Positions 15,983-23,750 of a stretch of 32,000 bases of DNA are shown here, one piece after another. The stretch is from Candidatus Methanophagaceae archaeon. Its GTDB lineage: Archaea > Halobacteriota > Syntropharchaeia > Alkanophagales > Methanospirareceae. A model generated the notes under the pieces. The model saw nothing but the letters and a program-made list of their open reading frames with translations, was not told the DNA's origin and made no database searches. The first letter of the stretch is position 1; each line of letters begins with the position of its first letter. The position numbers were made by a program, and so were the translations under genes. Where the stretch lies: assembly GCA_003194425.1 (NCBI GenBank), contig PQXB01000002.1:1-32000 (forward strand), written 5' to 3'.

Positions 15983-16354
15983 ATGGAGAAAGCACCTGGT
16001 TGGATTCAAAAATACAAGGAACGAATTGAAAGTGGGAAAATAACAGCAGCGGAAATTGCGGCAGCGGAGAACGAGGCGGAAAACCGAGAACGAGCAGTGC
16101 CGACAAAAATCTCGACGGTAGCGAGAGCGGTAAACTCGCTGGGCTGTCAGATTTCGGGTTCAGAAAGAGAGGCGGGGGCGGTTGTTTATTCGTGCAGCAT
16201 TGGAAAAATATCGAAGGCGACAGAGGAGAGATTTGCGGCTACTAAAAAGAGCTGGGAGCGGGATTTGGGCAAACCGCTGGAGAATGACTATTTCGTGAAC
16301 CTCCTCCTTGCGTTAGCAAAGCTCGCCGAGCGAGGGAAAACGCTTACACTTTAA
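15983..16354 (+). CDS. Hypothetical protein
   Basis: 123-aa ORF. Its stop lies 1 nt before the ATP-grasp gene start, so the two are probably co-transcribed. No recognisable motif. Confidence 0.5.
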   Translation: MEKAPGWIQKYKERIESGKITAAEIAAAENEAENRERAVPTKISTVARAVNSLGCQISGSEREAGAVVYSCSIGKISKATEERFAATKKSWERDLGKPLENDYFVNLLLALAKLAERGKTLTL

Positions 16355-16355
16355 A

Positions 16356-17540
16356 ATGCGGGTCTTGGTGGCGGAGTACGCGGTCGGGGTCGGCGTTGGC
16401 GAGGGTTCGTTGTTGCGGGAAGGAAAAGCGATGCTCACGACTTTGAAGCGGAGTTTTGAGCGGCTCGGGGCTGAAGTTCTCTCACCGGTGGCTGAAGAGG
16501 TGGGTGCGGGGGCAGGAGGTACAGGGAGAGGAGCAGGGAGAGGAGCAGGGAGAGGAGCAGGGAGAGGAGCAGGAAGAGGAGGAGCAGGAGGAGGAGCAAG
16601 GGGAGGAGCAAGGGGAGGAGGTAGAGCAGAGGAAGATTTTGAGGCTGCGGTGGAAAGGCTCGCAAAGAGGAGCGACGCGGGAATTGTGATTGCTCCTGAC
16701 GAGACGCTCTGCGAACTTACAAAGGTCGTAGAAGAGAACACTGTTAATTTGGGCTGTCCCTCGGAGTGCGTGAAAATCTGCGCCGATAAAATGCAGACGA
16801 CAAAAATCTTGGAGCGCGAAGGAATTCCTGTGCCGAGACTTGTGTCAGAGTCAAGGGAAGAAGAGGAGAGAGTGAGAGAGGGAGAGAGGGAGAGAGGAAG
16901 AGAGGGAGAGAGGGAGAGAGGAAGAGAGGGAGAGGGAGTGCAAAGTTATGTAAAGAAGCCGAGGTACGGGTGTGCTTCTGAGAATGTTTTCGTGCTGAAC
17001 TGGGAGGAGAGGGGCGAGGAGGGAGGAGAAGCGTCGTTGGGGGCGGGAACGGAAGATTTTATCGTAACAGAATTTGTAAAGGGTGAGGCGGTGAGCAGCA
17101 GCGTAATTGCTGGCGCTGTTGGCGGCGGGAGTTCGGTGCTGCCGCTCACGGTAAACAAGCAATTCGTGAGGCAGGAGCGAGGAAGAGAGGGAGAGGTAAA
17201 GAGGCTGCGGTACGAGGGCGGCGTGGTTCCGTATTTTGTAGGACGCAGTGCTGAGAAGCAGATAAAAAGCACGAGTGAAAAGGTCGCAACCACGCTGAAC
17301 TGCAGAGGTTACGTGGGCATCGATTTCGTGTTAGGCGAGGAGGACGGGACGGCGTACGTCGTGGATGTGAACCCAAGACCAACGACTTCGGTGGTGGGCG
17401 TGGCGGAGGTGCTGCTGAATTACGAGTTTGCGGACTTGCTGTGGCGTGCGAGGTTTGGAACTCTACCCGCGGAGGAGGTGAAGACAGGGGGGGAATTTAT
17501 TTTAGACTTTTCAAAAGAAAGTTTTGTCAAGGGGGAATAA
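16356..17540 (+). CDS. ATP-grasp ligase, MfnD-like (tyramine--L-glutamate ligase candidate)
   Basis: MRVLVAEYA start, IAPDETL, ADKMQTTKIL, KKPRYGCASENV and GYVGIDFVL....YVVDVNPRPTTS fit the ATP-grasp fold and the pattern I recall for MfnD (COG2232-type). The specific function is not verified. Two long repeat-encoded inserts. Confidence 0.6.
   Translation: MRVLVAEYAVGVGVGEGSLLREGKAMLTTLKRSFERLGAEVLSPVAEEVGAGAGGTGRGAGRGAGRGAGRGAGRGGAGGGARGGARGGGRAEEDFEAAVERLAKRSDAGIVIAPDETLCELTKVVEENTVNLGCPSECVKICADKMQTTKILEREGIPVPRLVSESREEEERVREGERERGREGERERGREGEGVQSYVKKPRYGCASENVFVLNWEERGEEGGEASLGAGTEDFIVTEFVKGEAVSSSVIAGAVGGGSSVLPLTVNKQFVRQERGREGEVKRLRYEGGVVPYFVGRSAEKQIKSTSEKVATTLNCRGYVGIDFVLGEEDGTAYVVDVNPRPTTSVVGVAEVLLNYEFADLLWRARFGTLPAEEVKTGGEFILDFSKESFVKGE
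16523..16570 (+). repeat. 12-bp x4 perfect in-frame repeat (agggagaggagc) encoding GRGA x4, degenerating to about 16620
   Basis: Read directly. Inside the ATP-grasp gene. Confidence 0.95.
16878..16937 (+). repeat. 24-bp x2.5 in-frame repeat encoding EGERERGR EGERERGR EGEG
   Basis: GAGGGAGAGAGGGAGAGAGGAAGA occurs at 16878-16901 and 16902-16925, followed by a partial copy. Confidence 0.95.
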
Positions 17541-17541
17541 A

Positions 17542-18315
17542 ATGCTGGAAATAAAAAATCTGACGGTGCAGGTGGGTTGTAGGGAGATTCTAAGGGATTT
17601 AAGCCTGAATATTGAACGGGGGGAGGTGCACGTGTTGTTTGGACCGAACGGGTGTGGAAAGACGACACTACTGATGACGCTCCTCGGGTTTCCGAATTAC
17701 AAGGTCACGAGAGGGAGCGTAAGGCTTAAAGGCGTTGAAATAACCACTTTGCCGACGAACGAGCGTGTGAGACTGGGGCTGGGAATGTCGTTTCAGCACC
17801 CGCCCGAGATAAGGGGCGTGAAGCTCGGCGAGATGGTAAATATTGCGTTGGGCAGGAAAGAGGGCGAAATAGACTCGGAAGTGGTCGGGCTTGCAAGACG
17901 GCTTAATATCTCGGTTGCTTTCTTGAATCGGGATGTGAATCTCGGATTTTCAGGCGGCGAGGTCAAAAGGTCAGAGATACTTCAACTGCTCGCACAGTCC
18001 CCGGATTTCATAATGTTCGACGAGCCTGACTCTGGCGTGGACATCGAGAACATCGAGCTGATTGGCGAGGTAATGAGAGAGCTGCTGGACAGGAACAAGA
18101 TGCCGAGCAGACGAGAGAAGGCGGGGCTGATAATTACGCACAGCGGCTCAATAATGCGACACCTGAATGCAGACCGTGCGCACGTGATGCTTGACGGGCG
18201 GATCGCCTGCTCTGGAATGCCGGACGAGATAACGAGGAATGTTATGGCGAACGGCTTTGAGCGGTGCGTGGAACTGTGCAAGACAGGGAGAGAAAACAAG
18301 GAGGGGTTGGAATGA
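17542..18315 (+). CDS. sufC: Fe-S cluster assembly ATPase SufC
   Basis: Walker A GPNGCGKTT, ABC signature FSGGEVKR, Walker B IMFDEPDSGVD, H-loop ITHS. The ATG at 17542 follows the previous stop (17538-17540). Confidence 0.9.
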   Translation: MLEIKNLTVQVGCREILRDLSLNIERGEVHVLFGPNGCGKTTLLMTLLGFPNYKVTRGSVRLKGVEITTLPTNERVRLGLGMSFQHPPEIRGVKLGEMVNIALGRKEGEIDSEVVGLARRLNISVAFLNRDVNLGFSGGEVKRSEILQLLAQSPDFIMFDEPDSGVDIENIELIGEVMRELLDRNKMPSRREKAGLIITHSGSIMRHLNADRAHVMLDGRIACSGMPDEITRNVMANGFERCVELCKTGRENKEGLE

Positions 18316-19553
18316 ATAAGAAAGAGCGGGTTGAGCGTGCGGAGCGTGCAAAGGGGAAAAAAGCGGCGCTTGGCGAGGACATCGCGATTGAAAATTTCAC
18401 CGCTGGGAAAGAGCACGAAGAGCACGAGCCACTCAACTCACTGGACGAGTTTCCAGAAAAATATCAGCAAGACCTGCTCAACGCAGGCATTGAACCCTCA
18501 GAGAAGGGCAGGTCGGGTTCTTTTTTGCAGCGGGACTGTTCTGTGGTGTTTTCAGCGGCTAAATTCCCAGGTCTGGAGATCAAGAGCACGACGGACGCCT
18601 TAAAGGATCACGATTGGCTAAATGAGTATTTCTGGCGGGCGGTTCCCGTGGACGCGGACAAATACACCGCGGAGCTCGAATTGGACGAAGACCAGGAGCA
18701 GACAAACGGGTATTTCATTAGGTCTGAAGCGGGCAGAAAGGTAACGATGCCTGTGCAGTCCTGCCTCTTCATCACGACTGAGAAAATCGGGCAGAAGGTG
18801 CACAACATCGTAATCGCAGAGGAGGGCTCGGAACTGCACATCATCACAGGCTGCTCCGTCGCTCACGCGGTAAATTCTGCTCTTCACCTCGGCGTCTCGG
18901 AATTTTTCGTGAAGAGAGGTGCGAAAATCACTTTTACGATGATTCACAACTGGAGCAGGGGCGTGGAGGTCAGACCGCGGAGTGCAGTGGTGATTGAGGA
19001 CGACGGGACGTTTATCAGCAACTACATCTTGATGACGCCCGTAAAATCGCTCCAAATGTATCCAACCGCTTACTGCGTGGGCAGAAACGCACGAGCGACA
19101 TTTCAGACCGTTATTTACGCACACGGGGATGCGAGGATTGACTCGGGGTCGCGGGCGGTGCTTCAGGGCGCGGGTAGTAGGGCAGAGATAATTTCACGGG
19201 TGATTGCGACCGAGAATGCGAAGGTCGTCGCACGAAGTGATGTCGTTGGCGAAGGCGAGAATGCGAAGGGGCACATCGAATGTCAGGGCTTGATGCTCTC
19301 GGACACTGCGGAGGTAGAATCAATTCCGGAGCTCAAAGCGACGCGGAGAGACCTCGTCCTCTCACACGAGGCTGCGGTTGGCAAGATTGCCGAAGAGGAG
19401 ATTCAATACTTGATGGCACGGGGCTTGAGCGAGGAGGAGGCGACTTCGGTGATCATTCGTGGGTTCTTGAATGTGGACATCACGGGACTTCCGGAGGCAC
19501 TCGCGCGGGAGACGAAAAAGATGTTTGAGATGAGTTTGGAGAAGGTGGTGTAA
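18312..19553 (+). CDS. sufB: Fe-S cluster assembly scaffold SufB/SufD family
   Basis: ATGA overlap with sufC. Beta-helix region motifs are present (ELHIITGCSVAH..., RAEIISRVIA, KATRRDLVLSHEAAVGKI, QYLMARGLSEEEA). Confidence 0.85.
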   Translation: MNKKERVERAERAKGKKAALGEDIAIENFTAGKEHEEHEPLNSLDEFPEKYQQDLLNAGIEPSEKGRSGSFLQRDCSVVFSAAKFPGLEIKSTTDALKDHDWLNEYFWRAVPVDADKYTAELELDEDQEQTNGYFIRSEAGRKVTMPVQSCLFITTEKIGQKVHNIVIAEEGSELHIITGCSVAHAVNSALHLGVSEFFVKRGAKITFTMIHNWSRGVEVRPRSAVVIEDDGTFISNYILMTPVKSLQMYPTAYCVGRNARATFQTVIYAHGDARIDSGSRAVLQGAGSRAEIISRVIATENAKVVARSDVVGEGENAKGHIECQGLMLSDTAEVESIPELKATRRDLVLSHEAAVGKIAEEEIQYLMARGLSEEEATSVIIRGFLNVDITGLPEALARETKKMFEMSLEKVV

Positions 19554-19590
19554 AACATTTCTTTAAAAAACCAAAGAAACTTTTTAAAAA

Positions 19591-19628
19591 ATGCTAAACC
19601 TTTTTGGCAATGCTAAAACTTTTCGGCA
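19591..19628 (+). repeat. 19-bp x2 tandem duplication of the isf start codon region
   Basis: atgctaaacctttttggca (19591-19609) and atgctaaaacttttcggca (19610-19628) match at 16/19. Both begin with ATG and encode ML(N/K)LFG. The upstream copy is out of frame and opens a 26-codon overlapping uORF. Confidence 0.9.
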
Positions 19629-20254
19629 TCTCAGGAAGTCCGCGAACTGCAGCGACCGAGTGGGTAGTTAAGGAGGCGTTGAGGTACGCAGGGGAGAAGA
19701 GGGGTGTGGAGACGCGGTACTTCTCGGTTCGCGGTAAAAAACTCAACTTCTGCCTGCACTGCGACCACTGCGTCAAAAAAGGGGGCTGCGTTCACGACGA
19801 CGCGATGAACGAGGTTTATTCTGGGTTCGAGTGGGCGGACGCGGTCTTGATTGGAACGCCGGTTTACCAGGGGACTCTCAGCGGTCAGACAAAGGTGCTT
19901 CTCGACCGGATGCGGGCGTTCGTGGCGAGGAAACCGCACAGACTGCGGGGAAAAGTAGGAGCAGCAGTTGCGGACGGCGGAGACCGAACAGGCGGTCAGG
20001 AGCTCGCAATCCGAGCAGTCGTGGATTTTTATCTGATAAATGAAATGCTTCCTGTGGGAGGGGGGTCTTTCGGTGCGAACCTCGGTGCGTCCTTCTGGTC
20101 AAGGGACAAGGGTGCAGCAGGAGTTAAAGCCGACGAAGAAGGCTTGAAAAGCCTTTACAAGACGCTGGACAGAGTTGTGGAGGTTTGCAGACTTGTGGGG
20201 GTTTGTTTTGTGAGTGGAAAAAGGGGAGTAGAGGAAGGGGAAAAGGAAATATGA
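19610..20254 (+). CDS. isf: Iron-sulfur flavoprotein / NADPH-dependent FMN reductase family
   Basis: MLKLFGISGSPR flavodoxin-like start, compact Cys motif CLHCDHCVKKGGC, and GTPVYQGTLSGQ. TTG at 19604 is the track's alternative start. Confidence 0.75.
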   Translation: MLKLFGISGSPRTAATEWVVKEALRYAGEKRGVETRYFSVRGKKLNFCLHCDHCVKKGGCVHDDAMNEVYSGFEWADAVLIGTPVYQGTLSGQTKVLLDRMRAFVARKPHRLRGKVGAAVADGGDRTGGQELAIRAVVDFYLINEMLPVGGGSFGANLGASFWSRDKGAAGVKADEEGLKSLYKTLDRVVEVCRLVGVCFVSGKRGVEEGEKEI

Positions 20255-20805
20255 GCAAGAAAGAGAAGGTAAAAGTAGCGTGGGGAGTTACAGGCTCCGG
20301 AGACCGCTTAACCGAGTGCGTGAATTTTATGAAGGAACTCGCAAAGAGGCACAACCTTGAAGTTCACGCCTACCTCTCCAAAGAGGGCGAGACCGTCTTA
20401 AAATACTACAATCTCTTGAACGAGGTCAGAGAGAGCTTTTCTAAAATGAGTTCCGAAAAGGGACCGAACGCACCCTTCCTCTCTGGGAAACTCCAGTTAG
20501 GCAAGTACGACTTCGTCTTGATCGCACCCGCTACGGCGAACACCGTCGCGAAAATAGCACACGGAATCGCCGACACCCTGCTCACTAACTCGGCTGCACA
20601 AGCGATGAAAGTGGCCGTGCCTGTGTATATTTTCCCCGTCGACCAAAAGGAGGGAGAAATAACAACAAAGCTTCCTAACGGGCGGGATTTGAAGTTAAGG
20701 ATTCGGAAAGAGGACGAGGAGAATGTAGAGAAGTTACGGAGAATGCGTGGCATCACGGTTCTGAGTCGGGTGGAGGAACTTGAGGCGGTGGTGAGAGGGT
20801 TTTAA
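20251..20805 (+). CDS. afpA: Archaeoflavoprotein AfpA-type flavoprotein (CoaC/Dfp-like fold)
   Basis: VAWGVTGSGDRL and LIAPATANTVAKIAHGIADTLLTN are flavoprotein-family motifs. ATGA overlap with the isf stop. Confidence 0.7.
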   Translation: MSKKEKVKVAWGVTGSGDRLTECVNFMKELAKRHNLEVHAYLSKEGETVLKYYNLLNEVRESFSKMSSEKGPNAPFLSGKLQLGKYDFVLIAPATANTVAKIAHGIADTLLTNSAAQAMKVAVPVYIFPVDQKEGEITTKLPNGRDLKLRIRKEDEENVEKLRRMRGITVLSRVEELEAVVRGF

Positions 20806-20829
20806 ATAAAAAGAAAGTTTTATCAAAGA

Positions 20830-21282
20830 ATGAAAAAGAGAAAGGGAAAGGGAATAAGAAAGAGGGGGGAGATTGTGGGAATAGAAAAAGAGACGTTGGA
20901 TTTTATTCTTGAAGTGAGCAAATCAAACCACCCGCGGGAGTTCATCGGAATGCTGCGTGCCGACGGGGACGCAGGGCTTGTAACCGATGTTCTTTTCCTT
21001 CCCGGCACGCTCTCGTCAGACGAGAGTGCGATTATTCGGCTGGATATGATGCCGACTGGACTTGACTACGTGGGGTCGGTGCACAGCCACCCAAGCCAGC
21101 ACTCGCACCTGCACCCCGTCGACCCCGCCGCGATGCGACCGTCGGAGCAGGACTTGATTATGTTCTCCAAGACAGGAAATTGCCACATCATAACTTTTTA
21201 CCCTTACGCAGCGGAGAGCTGGAAATGCTACAATTCACGAGGCGAGGAGAGGGCGTTGGAGGTGGTGGAAGAAAAATGGTGA
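20830..21282 (+). CDS. JAB1/MPN/JAMM-domain metalloprotease
   Basis: Conserved Glu (HPREFIG) and HSHPS....PSEQD (JAMM H-x-H...S-x-x-D). The spacer between HxH and S is 17 residues rather than the canonical 7 and is His-rich (HSHPSQHSHLHP). Confidence 0.7.
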   Translation: MKKRKGKGIRKRGEIVGIEKETLDFILEVSKSNHPREFIGMLRADGDAGLVTDVLFLPGTLSSDESAIIRLDMMPTGLDYVGSVHSHPSQHSHLHPVDPAAMRPSEQDLIMFSKTGNCHIITFYPYAAESWKCYNSRGEERALEVVEEKW

Positions 21283-21301
21283 AGGTAAAATGGTAAGGGT
21301 C
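21274..21301 (+). repeat. Imperfect 14-bp x2 duplication across the JAMM stop and ribL start
   Basis: aaatggtgaaggta (21274-21287, contains the TGA stop) and aaatggtaagggtc (21288-21301, contains the ribL ATG) match at 11/14. Confidence 0.6.
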
Positions 21302-21715
21302 TTGGCGACAGGGACATTTGAGATTCTTCACCCGGGGCATCTGCTTTATTTAGAGGAGGCGAAGCGGCTGGGGGACGAGCTTTTCGTCGTCGTTGCGAGG
21401 GACACGACGGTGAAGAAGCGGAAGAGAACGCCAGTTATTCCGGAGGAGCAGCGGTTGAAAATGGTCGCGGCGTTGCGGGTCGTGGACGACGCGAGGTTGG
21501 GCAGCGAGCGAGATATGTTTGAACCTTTATATAAGATAAAACCGAATGTAATTGCACTGGGTTACGACCAAAAATTCGACGAGGCTGCGTTGGCGGAGGA
21601 AGTCAGGAGGCGGGGCTTTAACTCGGAGGTCGTTCGCGTAAAAAAGCACAACACAAATGCTTTTTGCAAGGCAGAAGAGATAATAAAACACATATTTAAG
21701 TTAAGGGGGAAATAA
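21290..21715 (+). CDS. ribL: Archaeal FAD synthase (FMN adenylyltransferase) RibL
   Basis: VLATGTFEILHPGHLLYLEEAKRLGDELFVVVARD is the cytidylyltransferase-fold H-x-G-H motif. Size and pattern match RibL. Confidence 0.85.
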   Translation: MVRVLATGTFEILHPGHLLYLEEAKRLGDELFVVVARDTTVKKRKRTPVIPEEQRLKMVAALRVVDDARLGSERDMFEPLYKIKPNVIALGYDQKFDEAALAEEVRRRGFNSEVVRVKKHNTNAFCKAEEIIKHIFKLRGK

Positions 21716-21721
21716 GAAAAA

Positions 21722-22153
21722 ATGGAAGAAGAGTTAGAAGAGATGGGACTGACGCGAATTGGGGTCTCACTGCCCTCAAATCTGTTGAACAAGTTTGACG
21801 AGATAATAAGGGGGCGGGGGTATTCGTCGAGGTCTGAGGGAATAAGAGACGCAATCAGAGCCTACATAATTGAATACGAGTGGATGGAGCGCGAGGAGGG
21901 CGAGGAGATTGGGACGATTACTTACCTCTACGACCACAGCCAGCGGGGTCTTGGCGACGAACTGACAAATGCACAGCACCATTTTATTGGGATGATAAAA
22001 ACCTCAACGCACATTCATTTGGACGAGGAGAACTGCTTTGAGGTGGTAGTGATGAAAGGAGATGCAAAGAAAATAAAAGAGCTGGCGGAGAATATAATGA
22101 GTTTGAAAGGTGTGAAACATGTGAAATTGACGACAACGCACGGGGGGATTTGA
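21722..22153 (+). CDS. nikR: Nickel-responsive transcriptional regulator NikR
   Basis: Ribbon-helix-helix N-terminus ([18 protein letters not shown]...[16 protein letters not shown]) and C-terminal nickel-binding region with HH...H.H...C. Confidence 0.88.
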   Translation: MEEELEEMGLTRIGVSLPSNLLNKFDEIIRGRGYSSRSEGIRDAIRAYIIEYEWMEREEGEEIGTITYLYDHSQRGLGDELTNAQHHFIGMIKTSTHIHLDEENCFEVVVMKGDAKKIKELAENIMSLKGVKHVKLTTTHGGI

Positions 22154-22245
22154 ATGAAAATGAAAGGGGTACAAGAATGAAAGTGGTAGAGAGATGAAAG
22201 AGGTAGAGAGATGAAAATGGAAGAATGAAGGATGAGAAAGGGTAG
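22154..22245 (+). promoter_or_regulatory. Chain of five ATGA-linked mini-ORFs (5-8 codons) bridging nikR and the next gene, built on a 17-bp repeat
   Basis: 22154-22180 MKMKGVQE*, 22177-22197 MKVVER*, 22194-22214 MKEVER*, 22211-22228 MKMEE*, 22225-22245 MKDEKG*. Each ATG overlaps the preceding TGA. The first ATG abuts the nikR TGA, and the last mini-ORF overlaps the ATG at 22232. Confidence 0.6.
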
Positions 22246-23260
22246 TAAAAAGGGTAGTAGAATAAATATTATGGCACTGCTCGCGGGGGTCGTGGCGGTC
22301 TTGATCGCGGGAAGCGGGGTTGTGGGGGTAGCTTCTGCCCACTTCACGATGCTCATTCCAGGCGGTAGCACAGATGTCAGTCCCAAGGACTACTTTGCAA
22401 ATTTAGGCGAGGAGAAGACCGTGCTGATCACTTGGGGCTGCCCGTTCAAGGAACTTTTTGACTGCATAGATATTCCCGCGGTCGCCGTGAGGGATCCTGG
22501 AGGGAACATTACGCAATTAACCCCTGTTGAGACTTCTGTTGAGGGAGTGAAGGCGTACAAGGTCTCTTTCACGGTTGAGAAGCGGGGTGATTACATCGTT
22601 TATTCAACAATGAATGTGTCTGGGATTAAGGGCGATTTTGTGGATCACGCAAAGGCGGTAATTCACTGCGGTCAGGCAGCGTGGACGGGGTGGGAAGCGG
22701 AACTTGGCGAGAGCGTCGAAATAGTCCCTTACATCCGCCCCTACGGGTTAGAAGAGGGGGCGGTGTTCAAAGCGAGGGCGATTCAGGACGGCGAGCCGCT
22801 CACAGGTGCGACGGTTTATGTCGTGAAGTATCGTCTGAGCGACGACCCGCCTGCGAAGGTGCTTGAGAGAGCAGGAGAGGTCTTCCCCCAGGACTCGTGG
22901 ATGATGGTAAAAGGGTTCACGAAGACCGATTCGGACGGCGATTTTGTTTACACGCTCGATGAGCCTGGGATTTGGACAATGGTCGTCTTTGGTAAGGGCG
23001 TGATGGAGCGTGGTGCCTTTATCCTACCTGTCTTCGAATCTTTTCCGCCATCGTCAACCGAGGAGTTTGAGGTTTTTTCTGCCAGACCCGAAACAGAAAC
23101 GAGACCTGTCCCTAAATCCCCAGCAGTCGGTTTATTCGCAACAGTAGGGCTAATTGGGTTTATTGCGGTTCTTTTGAGCCAGAAGGGGTGGAAAGGGAAG
23201 GGACGGAAAGGAGTAGGAGGGAAGAAAAAGGGACGGAAAGAAGTAGGAGGGAAGAAATGA
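22232..23260 (+). CDS. DUF4198-like secreted metal (nickel/cobalt)-binding protein with C-terminal membrane anchor
   Basis: The signal peptide ends ...GVASA|HFTMLIPGG, and an N-terminal His after cleavage is typical of DUF4198-type proteins. C-terminal TM segment (VGLFATVGLIGFIAVLL) plus a Lys/Gly tail. Sits immediately downstream of nikR. Confidence 0.6.
   Translation: MRKGSKKGSRINIMALLAGVVAVLIAGSGVVGVASAHFTMLIPGGSTDVSPKDYFANLGEEKTVLITWGCPFKELFDCIDIPAVAVRDPGGNITQLTPVETSVEGVKAYKVSFTVEKRGDYIVYSTMNVSGIKGDFVDHAKAVIHCGQAAWTGWEAELGESVEIVPYIRPYGLEEGAVFKARAIQDGEPLTGATVYVVKYRLSDDPPAKVLERAGEVFPQDSWMMVKGFTKTDSDGDFVYTLDEPGIWTMVVFGKGVMERGAFILPVFESFPPSSTEEFEVFSARPETETRPVPKSPAVGLFATVGLIGFIAVLLSQKGWKGKGRKGVGGKKKGRKEVGGKK
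23200..23259 (+). repeat. 30-bp x2 tandem duplication covering a stop/start ATGA junction
   Basis: Units at 23200-23229 and 23230-23259 match at 27/30. The second copy carries the ATGA (23257-23260) that ends the DUF4198-like gene and starts the next. The repeat encodes GRKGVGGKKK / GRKEVGGKK*. Confidence 0.9.
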
Positions 23261-23721
23261 GGAGAGGGTTGGAACTGGCGATTTTGATTCTTGCAGCACT
23301 CGCACTTGGTCCGGCTCTTGCATCAGGGCACGCACTCGTGATCGATTACGGGGTTGAGTCGGTCTACATTGAGGCGTACTACGGCGGAGTGAGGCAAACA
23401 CCTGTGCAGTACGCCGATGTAGAGGTCTTTTATCCTGACGGGAGGCTGTACGTGGAGGGCAAGACCGACGAAAACGGCAAGTTCCGCTTTGACCCTAAAT
23501 TTGGGAAGGAGTGGCTGGTCGTCGTTGAGTCAGTAGGGCACAGGAATGAAAAGATGCTAAATCTAACCGCAGCAGGAGTAGGAGCAGGAGAAGCGGGAAG
23601 AGGCGAGATCCCTCTTTATCTCAAAATCTTTGCGGGGCTGGGTTATATTCTTGGGATTCAGGGTTTTTTTTTATGGTACAAGGGTTTTAAGCAGGCTCGC
23701 CAATCGAAGAAAAAGAACTAA
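23257..23721 (+). CDS. Small secreted, C-terminally anchored protein (candidate nickel-transport accessory, NikL-like)
   Basis: Start at ATG 23257 (ATGA overlap). Signal peptide ...ALASG|HALVIDYG, a beta-rich domain (KTDENGKFRFDP), and a C-terminal TM segment plus basic tail. Function is inferred from context only. Confidence 0.45.
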   Translation: MRRGLELAILILAALALGPALASGHALVIDYGVESVYIEAYYGGVRQTPVQYADVEVFYPDGRLYVEGKTDENGKFRFDPKFGKEWLVVVESVGHRNEKMLNLTAAGVGAGEAGRGEIPLYLKIFAGLGYILGIQGFFLWYKGFKQARQSKKKN

Positions 23722-23750
23722 AAGGCGGGCGGCTACTTTACACAAAAGAG

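Noticed and set aside
16313-16741. 142-aa minus-strand ORF rich in Pro/Ala/Leu (PAPLPAPLPAPL...).
   Set aside because: It is the antisense reading of the 12-bp GRGA repeat inside the ATP-grasp gene, so it is an artefact of the repeat.
23188-23256. Upstream extension of the 23188-23721 ORF (MEREGTERSRREEKG...).
   Set aside because: It is an alternative-frame reading of the 30-bp repeat at the end of the preceding gene. The signal peptide starts at ATG 23257, at an ATGA overlap.
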